Shown piece by piece: positions 62,669 through 64,000 of a DNA stretch of 64,000 bases (positions are counted from its first letter, which is position 1; the number at the start of each line of letters is the position of its first letter). The stretch is taken from NCBI GenBank assembly GCA_038087875.1, contig CM075995.1, positions 6,140,001 through 6,204,000 of the forward strand. The letters run 5' to 3'. The position numbers and the translations under genes are program-made. This DNA is from Malacoraja senta. Its lineage: Eukaryota. The notes beneath the pieces were generated by a model. The model was not told the origin of the DNA, searched no databases, and saw only the letters and a program-made list of their open reading frames with translations.

Positions 62669-64000
62669 TTGTTTACTATCCTCAGAACTGGCTAACATTG
62701 TAATATCCTGTATCTATATCAACAGAAGCCACTTTAAAGACCGAATATCCAGATAAATATACTTCACATGTACACATTGACCACAAATCTAAAATCATTC
62801 ATAACCAAGGAGGCACTCATAGTGATGGAAAAAAACCAGACCTAGAGATTTGATTGCATGGATTTGTTTATTTCAGCATTGTGCAAGTGAAGACAGAAGA
62901 GCATTGAAAAATTTGTAATTTACTGCACAATTAACAAATAATTTCATTATAGTTATTGTGCAATTTTAAGTTGCTTGAATGTCTATTTTTGCCTTCAATC
63001 TCAAGGAACCAGATGCTCCATGTTACTCTTTTACTGCATTCTCTCAAGTTTTATTCATTATGATTTGCATATTTTTTGTGAATTAAAAATAAACAATATG
63101 TTGCAATGTCACAATTGACAAACAAAATAAAAGATTTGGCTCTGAAGGAATCGTGGCAAATTATTTTTAAATGCAGCGAGCAATTTCATACGAGAGATGC
63201 ATGATACTGTTATTTATTCTAGCAAACTGGAGCTCTAAAACTAGATTTTGCACTGTTTACTTTCTCTTTTTGCACTACCTGGTTGTATATGGTTTGATTG
63301 TACTCATCACTGCTATAATTTGCCTGGGTAGCACACAAAACAATGTTTTTCACTGTATCTCAGTACCCATGACAATAATAATAAACCAAACCAAAAAGAC
63401 AATTCATGAAAGGCAATTTAGTTGTTGGCACACATTCCAAGCTATACAAATATAAAATATATAGAATGTGGACAACATTAAAGCAGGTCATTTTATCCAC
63501 CAATCTTATGATGGAAGTTTCCCAGTTAGCCACCACAGATAATCGTACTTCTGCTTCCTCCATTGCTCCACGTGCTTTTCTTTTCTGAAACTATTCTTTG
63601 TGATTATCACAATTTTTGTATAAAATTGTGATTATCCGGCATGCTCAGGACAGTGTAGATTTTCCACTAACTGGATTAATTTAAAATGAGTATGGGAAAT
63701 GGGGCTTGGCTGAATGGGATGGGAATGTGGCACACGCCACCTGGTGAGCCACATACCGATCAATCAGAATCTCTAAATAGTCAGATAGTCGATTATTGGA
63801 GACTTACTGCAGTTCCTTTATAATTTATACATTTAATTCAGCAATTTGTGAGAGATTTCCTAAAACAAAGCATCAAATTGTCACCTCTAAAAAATGTTCT
63901 AACTTTCCTTTCAATGAATAGTGATCATCTCAAATACATAGCCTTTTAAACCAATAGACCTCCAAAAATATTGCACCTTATTCTCAGTTCAACTTTCAAA

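Noticed and set aside
63360..63590. Minus-strand ORF with tttcag acceptor and GAMEE, as a possible upstream OSBPL10 exon
   Set aside because: It lacks the expected ..QLKLGMDLTK ending and a matching donor; the resemblance is only a few residues.
63600..63810. Possible Tigger/pogo-like MITE end (cgattattggagacttactg)
   Set aside because: No matching left TIR or TA duplication could be identified.

Overview
Eukaryotic DNA, most likely from a cartilaginous fish (skate/ray). This is inferred from the CR1, tRNA-SINE and other repeat families present. The window is intronic sequence of a minus-strand OSBPL10-like gene with two clean coding exons (39068-39566 and 31936-32122). I could not find the flanking exons in the window. 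Most of the rest is nested mobile DNA. There are four DIRS1-type tyrosine-recombinase (YR) retrotransposons: D 1-12380, C 15610-20532 (minus), A 48349-61332, and B 51481-59405 nested inside A. There are also several CR1 LINEs, three L1 segments, two hAT-like and one Harbinger-like non-autonomous DNA transposons, two non-autonomous Helitrons, tRNA SINEs, and many short Penelope-type repeats carrying decayed hammerhead-ribozyme cores. The strongest lead is in the DIRS copies. All four diverged copies keep a splice donor at the gag/RT boundary and an acceptor at the start of the YR frame. The join is demonstrably phase 0 in A and B, which suggests pol sits in an intron of a Gag-YR gene. Other notable observations: the ends recombine at a 3-bp ATT core, terminal repeats co-vary within each element, and one L1 has a 69-bp target-site duplication (TSD). 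All TE coding regions carry stops or frameshifts. Coordinates were read by eye, so unanchored ends may be off by several bases.
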